DNA of 64,000 nt from an uncultured Candidatus Saccharibacteria bacterium (GCA_964596615.1 CAZQUN010000001.1:66786-130785), one strand, 5' to 3'; positions 19,929 to 30,885 are shown, numbered from the stretch's first letter. Numbers and translations are program-made. The notes: a model not told the origin generated them from the letters alone.

Positions 19929-21349
19929 ATGCCTAAATATTTAATTCCGGCTTTAATTAAACTTTTCAAATCTGAAAATGACTCAACCTTTTTCAGCTTA
20001 TTCCACCCCTTTTTCCAAATATCTCCATCAGACAAATTCTTAACCATAAAGGCTTTAACTTTTTCTAATTCCATTCCTGACCATTCCATATATGGAACGC
20101 TGGGATCTTCTCCGGTAATTCTTGATTTCTTTCCTTGATAATGACTATTCCAGGAAAAATTGTTATCCAGGATTCCTTTTTTCTTAGCAATCCATTCTAT
20201 TTCTGTCCCTGGATAAATTAGGGCAAAACCATAGCTAGCTTCCACATTCTCATAACTCCTTAATTCTTTAATCAAATCAGCGCTCATTTTTAAATCTTCC
20301 ATTGTTTCATCGGGCAAATTGACAATAAAATTCAAGCTAACAATTAAACCAGCCTTTGAAGAAATTTGAACTGCTTTTCTGGTTTGTTCTAAAGTAATAT
20401 TCTTCTTAATTTCCTTCAAAATCCTTGGACTGCCGGATTCAATACCAAAACTGATTCTCCGACAACCGGCTTTTTTCATCATATTAATCATTTCCTCATC
20501 AACTGTATTGACCCTTGCCCGGGCGTACCATTTAATATCAAGCCCGCGATCAAGAATTTCCTGACAAATACCCATAACATGATTCTTTGAAACAGTTAAA
20601 GTATCATCCCAAAAATTAAAACCCTCAAATCCATATTTCTGATTCAAAAACTCTAACTCATCAACAAAATTCTTTGGAGTTCTTAAACGAAGAATTGATT
20701 TTGAAAAAGCAGCATTATCGCAGAAAACACATTGATTTGGACAGCCTCGGGCGCTAATGACTCCAATTGTCCGAAAATCAGTTCCATGAATCTTTTTCTG
20801 GTATCTATCTAAATCATACAAATACCAGGCTGGAAAAGGTAATTGGGACAAGTCTCTTAAAAAGGGCCTGTCCGGATTAGAAACAATTTCCCCGTTATCC
20901 CGATAGGTAATGCCTAAAACATTTTTCAGTTTTTCCCTCTCAGGCCAGGCATCTAAAAGTTCTTTAGCTGTAATTTCTCCTTCTCTTTTAACAACAACAT
21001 CAATTTCAGGGACAACCTCCAGAGCATTTTTATCGCTCAAAGAAAAATGAGGGCCACCAACCATAATCATCAAATCTGGCTTTTTCTTTTTTAAAAGTTT
21101 AATTACTGAAATAGCTTGGAGACGATTATGAGTTGTCGCAGTCAAACCGACAACTTCCGGAGAAAAGGATAAAATCTTTTTAACGGTTTCTTCCTGATTT
21201 AAATTTTCGCTATGCCCGTCAACAATGACAACATTATGATTACCTTTTTTTTCTAAATACGAAGCAACATAGCCAATGCTAAGAAATGGCAATCCTGCCA
21301 TTTCAATCTCTCCTAATGCTCTTGGTCCTGTGGCTAATACTATTTTCAT
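19925..21349 (-). CDS. Cobalamin-binding radical SAM enzyme (class B rSAM)
   Basis: B12-binding-like N-terminal domain (VVGLTATTH..MVGGPHFS) and ARGCPNQCVFC. Confidence 0.8.
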   Translation of the reverse strand: MKIVLATGPRALGEIEMAGLPFLSIGYVASYLEKKGNHNVVIVDGHSENLNQEETVKKILSFSPEVVGLTATTHNRLQAISVIKLLKKKKPDLMIMVGGPHFSLSDKNALEVVPEIDVVVKREGEITAKELLDAWPEREKLKNVLGITYRDNGEIVSNPDRPFLRDLSQLPFPAWYLYDLDRYQKKIHGTDFRTIGVISARGCPNQCVFCDNAAFSKSILRLRTPKNFVDELEFLNQKYGFEGFNFWDDTLTVSKNHVMGICQEILDRGLDIKWYARARVNTVDEEMINMMKKAGCRRISFGIESGSPRILKEIKKNITLEQTRKAVQISSKAGLIVSLNFIVNLPDETMEDLKMSADLIKELRSYENVEASYGFALIYPGTEIEWIAKKKGILDNNFSWNSHYQGKKSRITGEDPSVPYMEWSGMELEKVKAFMVKNLSDGDIWKKGWNKLKKVESFSDLKSLIKAGIKYLGI

Positions 21350-21355
21350 ATTATT

Positions 21356-22267
21356 TTAAATATTCAATAAATAAACTCCTATAAACATAATCATAATCGC
21401 TACCAATCTTTGAGCAATATGCTTCTTTGCTAAACTTTCTTTTGCTAAATAAGGAAAGAATAGAGTAATAATTATCCCGAAGATTAAAACAAAGAATGGT
21501 TGAAATCCGTTAATTACCCATGCTAAGGCCAGAGGGGCTAAAAGAGTGGCAAGGTTCATTATTATTTTAGCAATAATATTTAACGTTTCGTTAATTGTAT
21601 TCCAAGTTAAAACAGGAACCCTGTTTAATTTAATAACAGACAAAAATTGCCTTCTGTATGAACCAATGAATACTAACAGTATTACAGATAATATGGCAAA
21701 GCCAATATATTCCCAAAAACTTGTTGTCCAAAAACCCTCTTTAATTGCTACGAACTTAAAGACTAACCCATTTAATGCTACTAAAAAAGAAGCTAAAAGC
21801 ATTAACCAGAAAACTTTTTGCTTTAATTCTGGCTTCCCTTTATCTAAATCTAAAGATAGCGCTACTGCCCCTGCTATAATCAGCAAAGAGGCAAAAATCT
21901 GAATACCCGTTAAAACCTCCCTCAAAACAACTAAAGCTAAAATATAGCTAAAAACAGGGATGGTCTGAAACAGCGGCACGACAATTGAAACTTCATCTTC
22001 TTTTAAGGCGTGATAGTAAGGCAAAAGACCTAAAACATAGAGAAAACCATTCACTACAATCAGAAGGGCAAATACTGGCTTAACAGCAAAAACAGCAGGG
22101 TGGATTATTAAGATAAAAGGTAAAACTAATATTCCAATCAAAGAAGAAAAAATAACCAAAGCACCAATCCCGTCACCCTTAAAATACCTACTAATCAAAT
22201 GCTTGTCTATATAATTTGTGATAGCCCACAGGGCAGGCGCTATTGACGCTATAAGAAGCCAGTTCAT
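21356..22267 (-). CDS. DMT/EamA-like 10-TM transporter
   Basis: Two 5-TM repeats, 303 aa. Confidence 0.4.
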   Translation of the reverse strand: MNWLLIASIAPALWAITNYIDKHLISRYFKGDGIGALVIFSSLIGILVLPFILIIHPAVFAVKPVFALLIVVNGFLYVLGLLPYYHALKEDEVSIVVPLFQTIPVFSYILALVVLREVLTGIQIFASLLIIAGAVALSLDLDKGKPELKQKVFWLMLLASFLVALNGLVFKFVAIKEGFWTTSFWEYIGFAILSVILLVFIGSYRRQFLSVIKLNRVPVLTWNTINETLNIIAKIIMNLATLLAPLALAWVINGFQPFFVLIFGIIITLFFPYLAKESLAKKHIAQRLVAIMIMFIGVYLLNI

Positions 22268-22273
22268 ATACCT

Positions 22274-22921
22274 TTATTTCCTCCCAACCACGAAATACCC
22301 CAATGGACAAGGATGAAGTCTTTTAACCTTCTTCGGAATCAACTTGTCAAAAACCATGGCTTTAGTAAAAGAAATTAAACGGATAAAGTTAAAAAGGAAA
22401 AAACTGTGCCATAAATGAATTCCAGCAGTAAATCTTTCCCCAAAAGGAATAATTTCAAAATCAGAAAAGCCGCCTTGTTTTAATAACTCCTCTAATCCCT
22501 GTGAAGTCAATCTTCGGTAATCATTAGGCTCTTTAGCTTCGTTAAAAACAAAAGGCGAGGCAATGAATAGTCTTCCTTCTTTTTTAAGAACCCGATGAAT
22601 TTCTTGCATTAATTTTTCCGGTTCTTTAACAATATAGATAGCGTTGAAGAAAAAGATATTATCTATTGAATTATCTTCCAAAGGCAACTCTCTATTAAAA
22701 TCAATTTGTAAATCAGGATTTTTATCCTGATTGTAATCAGCATTGATTAATTCGGCATTTTCCAAGGACCAATACTGATGATAGCTTGGATCTTTGCCCG
22801 CAGCCAGATCAAGGCATTTACCGGTTAAATTCCGGCAATGCTTTTGAACCTGCCAATTGAATTGAATCCGGTAAATGCTTTTTCCTCTAAAAACTTGTTT
22901 TATAAAATCAAATATCTTCAT
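22274..22921 (-). CDS. SAM-dependent methyltransferase-like protein
   Basis: CLDLAAGKDP motif I-like; LKKEGRLFIASPF. Confidence 0.5.
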   Translation of the reverse strand: MKIFDFIKQVFRGKSIYRIQFNWQVQKHCRNLTGKCLDLAAGKDPSYHQYWSLENAELINADYNQDKNPDLQIDFNRELPLEDNSIDNIFFFNAIYIVKEPEKLMQEIHRVLKKEGRLFIASPFVFNEAKEPNDYRRLTSQGLEELLKQGGFSDFEIIPFGERFTAGIHLWHSFFLFNFIRLISFTKAMVFDKLIPKKVKRLHPCPLGYFVVGRK

Positions 22922-22922
22922 A

Positions 22923-23942
22923 TTATTTCCTCCCTTTAATATAGACTAATTTTCCAAATTTACTAACTAATTTCTGAGCAATGAAATTAGGTGTAATAAA
23001 TTTAAACAAAGGCAATTTGCTCCAAGGGAGCAATTTAATTTGTTCAACTGGACCAGTTGGATAGAACTTTAATCTGGAAAATTTATTCAACATCCTTTTT
23101 AATTCCTTTTTGCTGGTAAAATCAGCCTTGGGATTGCCCCCTTGGTAATTTCTATCAGTTCTCATAGCAGTCAATTGTTTCGAATTCATTTTCCAAAGTT
23201 TCCCTTTAATAATCCCCCAGCCAAACCAGATATGCCACCAGTAATTAATTGAATCCTTGTTGTACATCATAATCAGGAATCTTCTATTTGGTTTTAAAAC
23301 CCGATGAATTTCATCAAAGGCCTTCTGGGTGTCTTCTGTATGATGAAGAACTCCATAAGAGAGGATATAGTCAAAAGAATTGTTTTTAAAAGGGAGGGTT
23401 TCTGCGTCGCCCTGATAAATATATCCTTTGCCTTCAAAATTATTCAACTGGGTTCTTTGATGAGTCATTCTGGCGCTGGGAAAATTTAATTCCAGGCCAT
23501 GGGTTTCAATTCCTTGACCAACAAACTGCTCAAACATTGTTCCAACCCCAGACCCAATCTCTAAAACTCTCTTTTTCTTTAAGGAAGAATAATCAATCCA
23601 TCGATGGAGAATAGGGAATTGGAAATTAGCCCAGGGATGATGCCATTTAAACCATTTCCGGTCCGTGTTCTGGAAATATTTCCAAGTCCCCTCTTCAATA
23701 TTTTCTGAACCAGTGACATAGGCATCCAAATCACACTTATTCTCTCCCCACCATTCCATAATTTCCCTCTTCTTTTCAGAAATATTTTTAGGAATTAAAA
23801 CAAAGAAATTATCATCTAAAACATCGTATCTATCACTGCATTTCTGACATTGAAATGATTTCTTGTTTTTTGACAAAGTTAAACTTCCTCGGCAAATTGG
23901 ACAGGCAAGTATTTTAACAAGTTTTGGATCTATTTCTCTCAT
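22923..23942 (-). CDS. Methyltransferase with N-terminal Trm112-like zinc-ribbon
   Basis: LVKILACPICRGSL..CQKCS followed by VLEIGSGVGT motif I. Confidence 0.6.
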   Translation of the reverse strand: MREIDPKLVKILACPICRGSLTLSKNKKSFQCQKCSDRYDVLDDNFFVLIPKNISEKKREIMEWWGENKCDLDAYVTGSENIEEGTWKYFQNTDRKWFKWHHPWANFQFPILHRWIDYSSLKKKRVLEIGSGVGTMFEQFVGQGIETHGLELNFPSARMTHQRTQLNNFEGKGYIYQGDAETLPFKNNSFDYILSYGVLHHTEDTQKAFDEIHRVLKPNRRFLIMMYNKDSINYWWHIWFGWGIIKGKLWKMNSKQLTAMRTDRNYQGGNPKADFTSKKELKRMLNKFSRLKFYPTGPVEQIKLLPWSKLPLFKFITPNFIAQKLVSKFGKLVYIKGRK

Positions 23943-24667
23943 ACCTTTGATTTGAATTGAATAAAGGAAACTATTGAATTAATTGATTGTCTTTTTAATT
24001 CAAAGAGATTATCTCCTTTTTTAATAAATCCTCTTTCTATAGTCAAAACTGCTTCAAATCCTTCGTTTTCCAATATTTCTTTAACTTCTTGGCTAATCCT
24101 TCCTTTGGGCGGAGCGAAAAACCGGCATTCTTTGTTTAATTTCTCTTCAATGATCTTTTTTGATTGAATAATCTCTGATTCAATTTCTCCCAAGGTAATT
24201 TGATCTAATTTTGGATGAGTTATGGTGTGGGGCTGGAAATCTATTAAATCAGAACTATGCATTTCTTCAATTTCATTCCAATTAAGAGCAGGGAAAGCCC
24301 CGTGAGAAGTTACTACTTCTTTTCCAACCCAGCCAACAGTCAAAAATATTGTTGCAGGAAGATTGTATTCCTTTAAAACAGGGAAGGCGTTTGAATAATT
24401 GTCTTTAAACCCATCATCGAATGTTAAAACAACAGTTTTTTCTGGCAATTCCTTACCACCCTTTAAAAGATTAACTAAATCAGATAATTTAATCACCTGG
24501 TAGCTATTATCCTTCAAGTATTTCATTTGCTTTTGAAAAATCTCTGGTTTAACCGCAAGAAGAGGAATAGCATCATTACGTTCAACAGAATGATACATTA
24601 AAATAGATGCTCCCTTAGAGCGAGGCATTAAAGTCAAAATATCTTTAATTATTCTCTTCAAAAGCAT
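23939..24667 (-). CDS. Polysaccharide deacetylase (NodB homology domain)
   Basis: TFDDG motif, HTITHP His motif. Confidence 0.7.
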   Translation of the reverse strand: MLLKRIIKDILTLMPRSKGASILMYHSVERNDAIPLLAVKPEIFQKQMKYLKDNSYQVIKLSDLVNLLKGGKELPEKTVVLTFDDGFKDNYSNAFPVLKEYNLPATIFLTVGWVGKEVVTSHGAFPALNWNEIEEMHSSDLIDFQPHTITHPKLDQITLGEIESEIIQSKKIIEEKLNKECRFFAPPKGRISQEVKEILENEGFEAVLTIERGFIKKGDNLFELKRQSINSIVSFIQFKSKV

Positions 24668-25697
24668 TGACTATTCCTTTCAACAAATTATCTAGATTGT
24701 GGTGCTTAATAACCTGTTCTCTTAAATACATTCCAATTTCTTCCATTTTGCCACTTCGGGAGAGATTAATAATCTTATCAGCCAAATCCTGAGGGTTTTT
24801 TTCTTTAAAAAGCAACTGGTCTTTGTATGGACCAAAATTCTGAACATAACTCTGATTACAGGCCAGGAGGGGCAGGCCAACTGCCATGGCTTCAAAGCCA
24901 ACCTTATCCGGCGCTCCGGTTGGACATAAATTAACACTCAAATCAGAATTTTGGTAAAGCCTAATTGTTTCAGATTGGATAGTGCCCCCTAAAAGTTGTA
25001 TCTGATTTTCTAATCCTTTTTCCTTTATTAATTCTTTTAGTTTATCTAAATACCCTTTCTGTTTCTCTAAAAGAACTGGACCAGCAATATTTACTATCAA
25101 ATTCACTCCTTTGTCTTTTAAAATGCCAGCAGCATTAATTAACGTTTCGTAGTTTTTAATCGGAGAAATTCTGCCAACTGCAATAATCCTTAATTTATCT
25201 GATTTTTCTTTATTCGGATCTGGCCTAAACAAATCTGTATCAATCCCCTGGCTAATGACAATTCTTTTCGGACTATCTATTTGAAATCCGTCTTTGCTTG
25301 AAGTCACAACCTTATCGGCAAAAAAATGCATTAATTTTGTTTTCCAGGTAACAGCTTTGTGGGCATAAAAACAAATTATCTTTTTTCTGAATAATTTAGC
25401 GAAAGGAGCAATTAAAATAGTGTATTCCGGATTTTGATGGCAAAAAACTCCATCAACCCTGGAAATGAATTTAAAAGCGCCTATTTGGAAGTTAATAAAT
25501 TCCTTTAATCTATTCTTTCCTCTCTCCTTGCCCAAAGAAAAAACTTCAACATTTTCCAATCCTTCAATATTTCCTTTTTCCAAACAGATTACTTTTAATA
25601 AGTTAACTTTCTGGCTTAACTTTTTAACCCAATTAAAAGCAAACCCGGCCTGGGCATCATCTTTATCCAATTTTCTTGTTATCATTAACAATTTCAT
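24645..25697 (-). CDS. GT4 family glycosyltransferase
   Basis: GT-B fold, C-terminal GFEAMAVGLPLLA. Confidence 0.7.
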   Translation of the reverse strand: MKLLMITRKLDKDDAQAGFAFNWVKKLSQKVNLLKVICLEKGNIEGLENVEVFSLGKERGKNRLKEFINFQIGAFKFISRVDGVFCHQNPEYTILIAPFAKLFRKKIICFYAHKAVTWKTKLMHFFADKVVTSSKDGFQIDSPKRIVISQGIDTDLFRPDPNKEKSDKLRIIAVGRISPIKNYETLINAAGILKDKGVNLIVNIAGPVLLEKQKGYLDKLKELIKEKGLENQIQLLGGTIQSETIRLYQNSDLSVNLCPTGAPDKVGFEAMAVGLPLLACNQSYVQNFGPYKDQLLFKEKNPQDLADKIINLSRSGKMEEIGMYLREQVIKHHNLDNLLKGIVNAFEENN

Positions 25698-27544
25698 AAA
25701 TTCTGTTTAGCCCAAATCTGGAAAGTGATTAAAATCCAAAGACAGGTTAAATTGTATCTTTTTTTACTAATATGGTCGTCCAGCATTTTATTGACTTCCT
25801 TGAAATTAAAGTATTGGCTGGTAGCTGGAGAATAGTTTTCTGACAGAACATCATGGGCAAAATCATTTAAATCCGTTCTTAGCCATTTGGCCACCGGGGA
25901 AAACCAGCCTCTTTTTGGAGCTTTAATAACATACTCTGGCAAATATTCTTTCATTGCTTTCTTGAAAATATCCTTCCCCTCTCCCTTGATTTTGTATTTA
26001 CTCGGAATCTTGGCTGCTAATTCAACCAGGCGATGATCTAAAATCGGAACCCTTTCTTCCAACCCAAAAGCCATGGTCATTTTATCAGTCCTCATTAACG
26101 ATTCATTCACCAGCCAGGTTTTAACATCTGTCAGCATAAAATGTTTTTCAAAATCATCTTCAGGCCAGTTCTGGAAATATTCCTTCCCATAAAAATCCTT
26201 AGTTAAATCTCTTTGAAAATATTCCTGATTAAGGACTTCTTCTAAAACATTATCTTTTTGGGACATAAAGAGCAAGTATCTTCCAACACCGGAAGGAAGA
26301 TTAAGTTTTTGAGAAAGATTTTCTTTTTTCAAATATTTTCCCAATAAATTAAGGGAAAAATCAGTCAAAACGTTTTCTCTTAAAAATTGAGGTAGCTTTT
26401 GCCAATTACTCGTTAATTGGCTGTAAGCATAGCGGGGATAGCCGCCAAAAAGCTCATCGCCGCCATCACCGCCCAAAGCAACAGCAACTTTCTCTTTGGT
26501 AAATTTAGACAAAAGAAAAGTCGCGATCTGAGTCGCATTGGAAATTGGCTCATCCAAATGGTAAATGACCTTTTCAACATTCTCCAGCATATCTTTTCCG
26601 TTGATGATTAACTCATGATGGTTAGTTCTGTAATCCTGGCTGACTCGCCGGGCCATATCCAGGTCAAAATTAAATTTCTTTTTGTCTTCGAAATCAAAAC
26701 CAACTGAAAAGGTATTAATCTTTTTATGACCCAATTGATTAACTATGCCTAAAATTGAAGTTGAATCAATTCCTCCGCTTAAAAATATGCCGACTGGCCG
26801 GTCTGAAATCAACTGACCCTTGACTGATTCTTTCATTAAAGATTGGATCTGTTCAATAATTTCATTTTCTGATTCAATATTTTCCAAGTCATTTATCTGC
26901 CAATACTCTTTAATATCAACCTGATTGTTTTTAAAAATCAAATAACTGGCCGGCGGAAGCTTGTAGATGTTCTTGTAAATTGTTAAAGGATGAGGAATGT
27001 AGTGAAGGCGGAAATAGTGGTTAAAGGCATTTAAATCAATTTCTCTCTTAATATCATGCTCTAAAATTGCCTTGATTTCTGAAGAGAAAATGAACTTCTT
27101 GTTGTCAAAGTAATAATAAAGGGGCTTGACTCCAATTCTGTCCCGGGCTAAAAAGAATTCTTTCTTTTTTAAATTAAGAATGGCAAAGGCGAAAATTCCA
27201 TTAAGGAGTTTAAGGCAATCAGGGCCGTGATCTTCATACAAGTGCAAAATGACTTCTGAATCTGATTGGCTGATAAATTGATGTCCTTTTTTGACTAAAT
27301 CCTTTCTTAATTCCTTGAAATTGTAAATCTCGCCGTTGTAAACCAAGGTCAATGATTTATCTTCATTAAACATTGGCTGTTTGGCATTATCCGACAGGTC
27401 AATAATTGAAAGGCGAGTCTGGCCCAGTGAAAAATTGTCAAAACAAAACGAACCTTTTTGATCCGGCCCTCGATGCCGAATCTTCTGATTCATTTTCTCA
27501 ACTAAATCCGGCTGGTTAGAATCAAACCCGTTTATTCCACACAT
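25694..27544 (-). CDS. asnB: Asparagine synthase (glutamine-hydrolysing)-type amidotransferase
   Basis: MCGINGF N-terminal nucleophile; SGGIDS PP-loop. Confidence 0.85.
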   Translation of the reverse strand: MCGINGFDSNQPDLVEKMNQKIRHRGPDQKGSFCFDNFSLGQTRLSIIDLSDNAKQPMFNEDKSLTLVYNGEIYNFKELRKDLVKKGHQFISQSDSEVILHLYEDHGPDCLKLLNGIFAFAILNLKKKEFFLARDRIGVKPLYYYFDNKKFIFSSEIKAILEHDIKREIDLNAFNHYFRLHYIPHPLTIYKNIYKLPPASYLIFKNNQVDIKEYWQINDLENIESENEIIEQIQSLMKESVKGQLISDRPVGIFLSGGIDSTSILGIVNQLGHKKINTFSVGFDFEDKKKFNFDLDMARRVSQDYRTNHHELIINGKDMLENVEKVIYHLDEPISNATQIATFLLSKFTKEKVAVALGGDGGDELFGGYPRYAYSQLTSNWQKLPQFLRENVLTDFSLNLLGKYLKKENLSQKLNLPSGVGRYLLFMSQKDNVLEEVLNQEYFQRDLTKDFYGKEYFQNWPEDDFEKHFMLTDVKTWLVNESLMRTDKMTMAFGLEERVPILDHRLVELAAKIPSKYKIKGEGKDIFKKAMKEYLPEYVIKAPKRGWFSPVAKWLRTDLNDFAHDVLSENYSPATSQYFNFKEVNKMLDDHISKKRYNLTCLWILITFQIWAKQNL

Positions 27545-27550
27545 AGGTCT

Positions 27551-28144
27551 CTACTTTACTAAAAAGACATTAAAGCCCGATGCTTGTTTTCCTGAAAAAA
27601 ACTTATCAATTAACCTGATAAAAGGAAGAAAAATCTTAATTTTCCTCAAAGGAGTCAGATTAAAAACTGTCTCCAGATTACCCCGAACCGGACAAATCTC
27701 AATTACCTTAAAATCTTCGAACAAATATTTAACTCCATCCTCAGTGTATCGAAAGTAATCCTGGTAAACCCCTTTATGAGCATGATAAGGATAAAGGAAA
27801 GGAAGATAGATTAATCCTTTGCCGCCTGGTTTCAAAACTCTGAAAATTTCCCGGGCGGCTTTTTTCGGTTCCTGGATATGCTCTAAGACCGCTTTGCAGA
27901 TAACAGCATCGAAGGATCCATCTTCAAAAGGCATTTGGCAAACATCGCCAACAATATCGGGATTAAAACTTGGCTCTTTATCCAAAACCTGGTAATTGCT
28001 TTCCTTAAAAAGCTCTTTGTATTTTTGAAGTTCTTTTTGGAATTTAAAGCCGCCGCCAATATCAAGGATATTTTTCTCCTGGGCAATTTCTCTAATTTTA
28101 TCGTCAAAAAACCTTTCCCATTTGGTCATGTTAAATCTTTCCAA
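27551..28144 (-). CDS. Class I SAM-dependent methyltransferase
   Basis: ILDIGGG; VLKPGGKGLIYLP. Confidence 0.65.
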   Translation of the reverse strand: MERFNMTKWERFFDDKIREIAQEKNILDIGGGFKFQKELQKYKELFKESNYQVLDKEPSFNPDIVGDVCQMPFEDGSFDAVICKAVLEHIQEPKKAAREIFRVLKPGGKGLIYLPFLYPYHAHKGVYQDYFRYTEDGVKYLFEDFKVIEICPVRGNLETVFNLTPLRKIKIFLPFIRLIDKFFSGKQASGFNVFLVK

Positions 28145-29244
28145 AACTTAATTATCTTTCTAATAGTTTTCTCTTGATTGAACCTTTCTCTGACTATTCT
28201 TCTTCCAGCTCTCCCTATTTCCTTGGCTTTTTCCGGATTATTAAGCAAAAACAAAACCTTCCTAGCCAAAGCAGCGCTGTCGCCAATATCAATCAAATAT
28301 CCATTAACTCCGTTTTTAATGATTTCTTTGGAGCCGGTTGTTCTGGTTGCAACAACTGGCAGTCCAGCCGCCATAGCTTCAACTAAAACCTTGCCAAAGC
28401 TTTCATGCTTGGATGAGGAGATATATATATCTGAAGCATGATAGTAATTAGTTAATTCTTCTAATTTAATTTCCCCAGTTGAGGTTAAAATTAAATTCTT
28501 ATCCCCTTTTATTCTCCCTGGTAAATATTCTCTGTTTCCGACCTGCCAGAAAGCCAGATTCTTGTAATCCTGATGAATTGATTCAATTACTTTGTAGAGA
28601 GTTTTAAAATCCTTGGATGGATCTTTCCGGCCAACATTAATTAAAACTTTTTTGTTCCGATGTTTTTCTCTAAAGCTCTTTACTTTTTTCTCATCAAAAT
28701 CTTCAAACTTTTCCAAATCAATTGGGGTTGAAATGACTCTAATTTTTTCCTTCTTAATTCCATTGCTAACCAATTTCTTTTTAATCCCTGAACTGGTTAC
28801 CCTGACCCCATCCGCTCCTCTAACAACAAATTTACTGATTAAAAGGAAAAACCAGTTAAACCACCATCTTCCCTTTTCAAAAAACCAATACTTGTTCTGC
28901 CAAAAATCTCCATGGAAATGAACCAGCAAAGGAACATTAAAGGCCTTCTTAATCAGCCAGCCAGCCAGACCATTAAGAAACGGATCTTGGCAGACAATCA
29001 AATCAAAATCCAGGCGTCGGGCAATTCCAAAAGCGTTAAAAACATAATTTAATTTAGTTCTGGAATTAGTCGGATAAATTGTTAAATGCGAATTAACTTT
29101 CCTTTTTTCAAATCCTTTTTTAGTTAGAAGGATGACATCCAAATGATCAGCTCTTTGGCCATACTCCTTATGACGCTCTAAAGCATCGCCGCTGAATCCG
29201 GCGCCTAATAATGCTCTTTCAATGCTGATCATTAAAACCCTCAT
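28126..29244 (-). CDS. GT4 family glycosyltransferase (start trimmed to MRVLMISIE)
   Basis: GT-B fold; ESFGKVLVEAMAAGLPVV. The ORF-track start would overlap the upstream mini-gene. Confidence 0.7.
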   Translation of the reverse strand: MRVLMISIERALLGAGFSGDALERHKEYGQRADHLDVILLTKKGFEKRKVNSHLTIYPTNSRTKLNYVFNAFGIARRLDFDLIVCQDPFLNGLAGWLIKKAFNVPLLVHFHGDFWQNKYWFFEKGRWWFNWFFLLISKFVVRGADGVRVTSSGIKKKLVSNGIKKEKIRVISTPIDLEKFEDFDEKKVKSFREKHRNKKVLINVGRKDPSKDFKTLYKVIESIHQDYKNLAFWQVGNREYLPGRIKGDKNLILTSTGEIKLEELTNYYHASDIYISSSKHESFGKVLVEAMAAGLPVVATRTTGSKEIIKNGVNGYLIDIGDSAALARKVLFLLNNPEKAKEIGRAGRRIVRERFNQEKTIRKIIKFWKDLT

Positions 29245-29248
29245 AATA

Positions 29249-29428
29249 TTAATCCTTCCTATAAAGCCAGGTAACTCCGGCAATAACACCTAAAGAAACG
29301 ATAATATCAAACTCCAGGGCAATAATCTCCCTAAAATCTTTAACCTCTGAGAAATAGTAGATAATTTCGAAAATGAGAAAAAATATCATCAGAGACAAGA
29401 CTAAATAGTAGGCTGCTTTTTTATTCAT
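29249..29428 (-). CDS. 59-aa two-TM membrane mini-protein (MNKKAAYYLVLSLMIFFL...)
   Basis: Internal Met of the 94-aa ORF; its ATG overlaps the stop of the upstream rSAM gene as ATGA; hydrophobic. Confidence 0.4.
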   Translation of the reverse strand: MNKKAAYYLVLSLMIFFLIFEIIYYFSEVKDFREIIALEFDIIVSLGVIAGVTWLYRKD

Positions 29429-30885
29429 GTTTTTGTGACAAATCTTTTTGCTAATTTGTAATCCCAGGGAAAACCAAAAAACTTTAATTTCCATCTCATC
29501 TGGCAAAGCAGAACAAAAGGCAGTTTCAGCCATTTGGTTGCTTTAACAGTTGAACCAAGAGCGCTTTTAATTGAATGAGCGCCAAATCTGACATAGGCCT
29601 CCAATGACTCAACAAAATCAGGATTCTCCAGCCAGGGAAACCTGGAAACGTCTAAATAGTTTAATTGGTCTCTGGCTGTCTCTGACCATTCCTGAAGCGA
29701 TCTTGGTTCTTGCCAGCCGGACTGAAGGCATTCAGCATAAAGTTCGGAGCCAGGATAGGGCCGAAAAGCCTGAGGGCCTAAAATTTGAATCCTGTCGCCT
29801 AATTTAACCAACCGGTCAATTAATTTCAATGTTTCCATAACTTCATCTTTGGTTTCTCCCGGTAGGCCGGCCATAAAGGAATATTGGGGAATAATATCAT
29901 ATTTCAAGCACATCTCAGCTGAACGAAGCACATCTTCTGGATCAATATCCTTTTTAATTTTCTTAAGAATCCTCGGACAACCTGATTCAGCTCCAAAAGA
30001 TAAAAGATAGCAACCGGACTCTTTAATTTTCTTCAAAAATTCCTCATCAATCATTCCATCTTTTAAATAGTTAGCCCGAACGGTCGTCTCCCAAGGAATA
30101 ACTAAATCACTCTCAATCATGCCATTAATAATACCTTTAGCTCTTTTAATATCAACAAAGAAATTCTCATCCCAGAAACGAAGTTTCTTTCCTTTGAAAT
30201 ATGGACTGGTTTTAATGCTTCTAATATCCTCCAAAACCTGATCAACTGTTCTTGGTCGCCAATTACACTTTAAAATGGCGTTAATACAAAAAGCGCAGCG
30301 ATGAGGGCATCCTCTTGAAGTCAAGGAAGGAACCAGATACAAATCTTGAAGGATTTTTTCCGGCATTAATTCCCATTTGAACAAGGGCATTTGAGTTGGA
30401 TCATGTAATCCCTGAGACAAGCTTATCGCTATCTCCCCACCCTTTTTAAAGGCGATGCCTGATATCTGATTCAAGGACTTTTGATTAACAATATCAAGCA
30501 TGGGCAATTCCCCTTCCCCATAGCAGACAACATCAATTAAAGGATGTCTGGCGGTCTGGTCAGTAAAAAAGCTCGGATGAGGCCCACCCCAGATAATCTG
30601 ACATTCTGGATTAATTTCTTTAATTAATTCCGAGGCCTTAAGAGCAGCTGGAACTTGAGTGGTCATAACGGAGATTCCGGCAAAATTACAATCAGGAGCT
30701 TTTTCCTTAATTAAATTCAAATAGTTTTTCTGTCTGACACCGTCAATAATTTCAACATCAATTCCATTATCATTTAAATATGTGGCAATGCTCAAAAGCC
30801 CGACAGAAATGGAACTGTCGTAATTCTCTTTGTTAATATTAAATGGTGGATTAATGAGTAAAACTTTAGGCATTGAACAATTCAT
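29425..30885 (-). CDS. Cobalamin-binding radical SAM enzyme (class B rSAM)
   Basis: B12-binding-like N-terminal domain and SRGCPHRCAFC. Confidence 0.8.
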   Translation of the reverse strand: MNCSMPKVLLINPPFNINKENYDSSISVGLLSIATYLNDNGIDVEIIDGVRQKNYLNLIKEKAPDCNFAGISVMTTQVPAALKASELIKEINPECQIIWGGPHPSFFTDQTARHPLIDVVCYGEGELPMLDIVNQKSLNQISGIAFKKGGEIAISLSQGLHDPTQMPLFKWELMPEKILQDLYLVPSLTSRGCPHRCAFCINAILKCNWRPRTVDQVLEDIRSIKTSPYFKGKKLRFWDENFFVDIKRAKGIINGMIESDLVIPWETTVRANYLKDGMIDEEFLKKIKESGCYLLSFGAESGCPRILKKIKKDIDPEDVLRSAEMCLKYDIIPQYSFMAGLPGETKDEVMETLKLIDRLVKLGDRIQILGPQAFRPYPGSELYAECLQSGWQEPRSLQEWSETARDQLNYLDVSRFPWLENPDFVESLEAYVRFGAHSIKSALGSTVKATKWLKLPFVLLCQMRWKLKFFGFPWDYKLAKRFVTKT

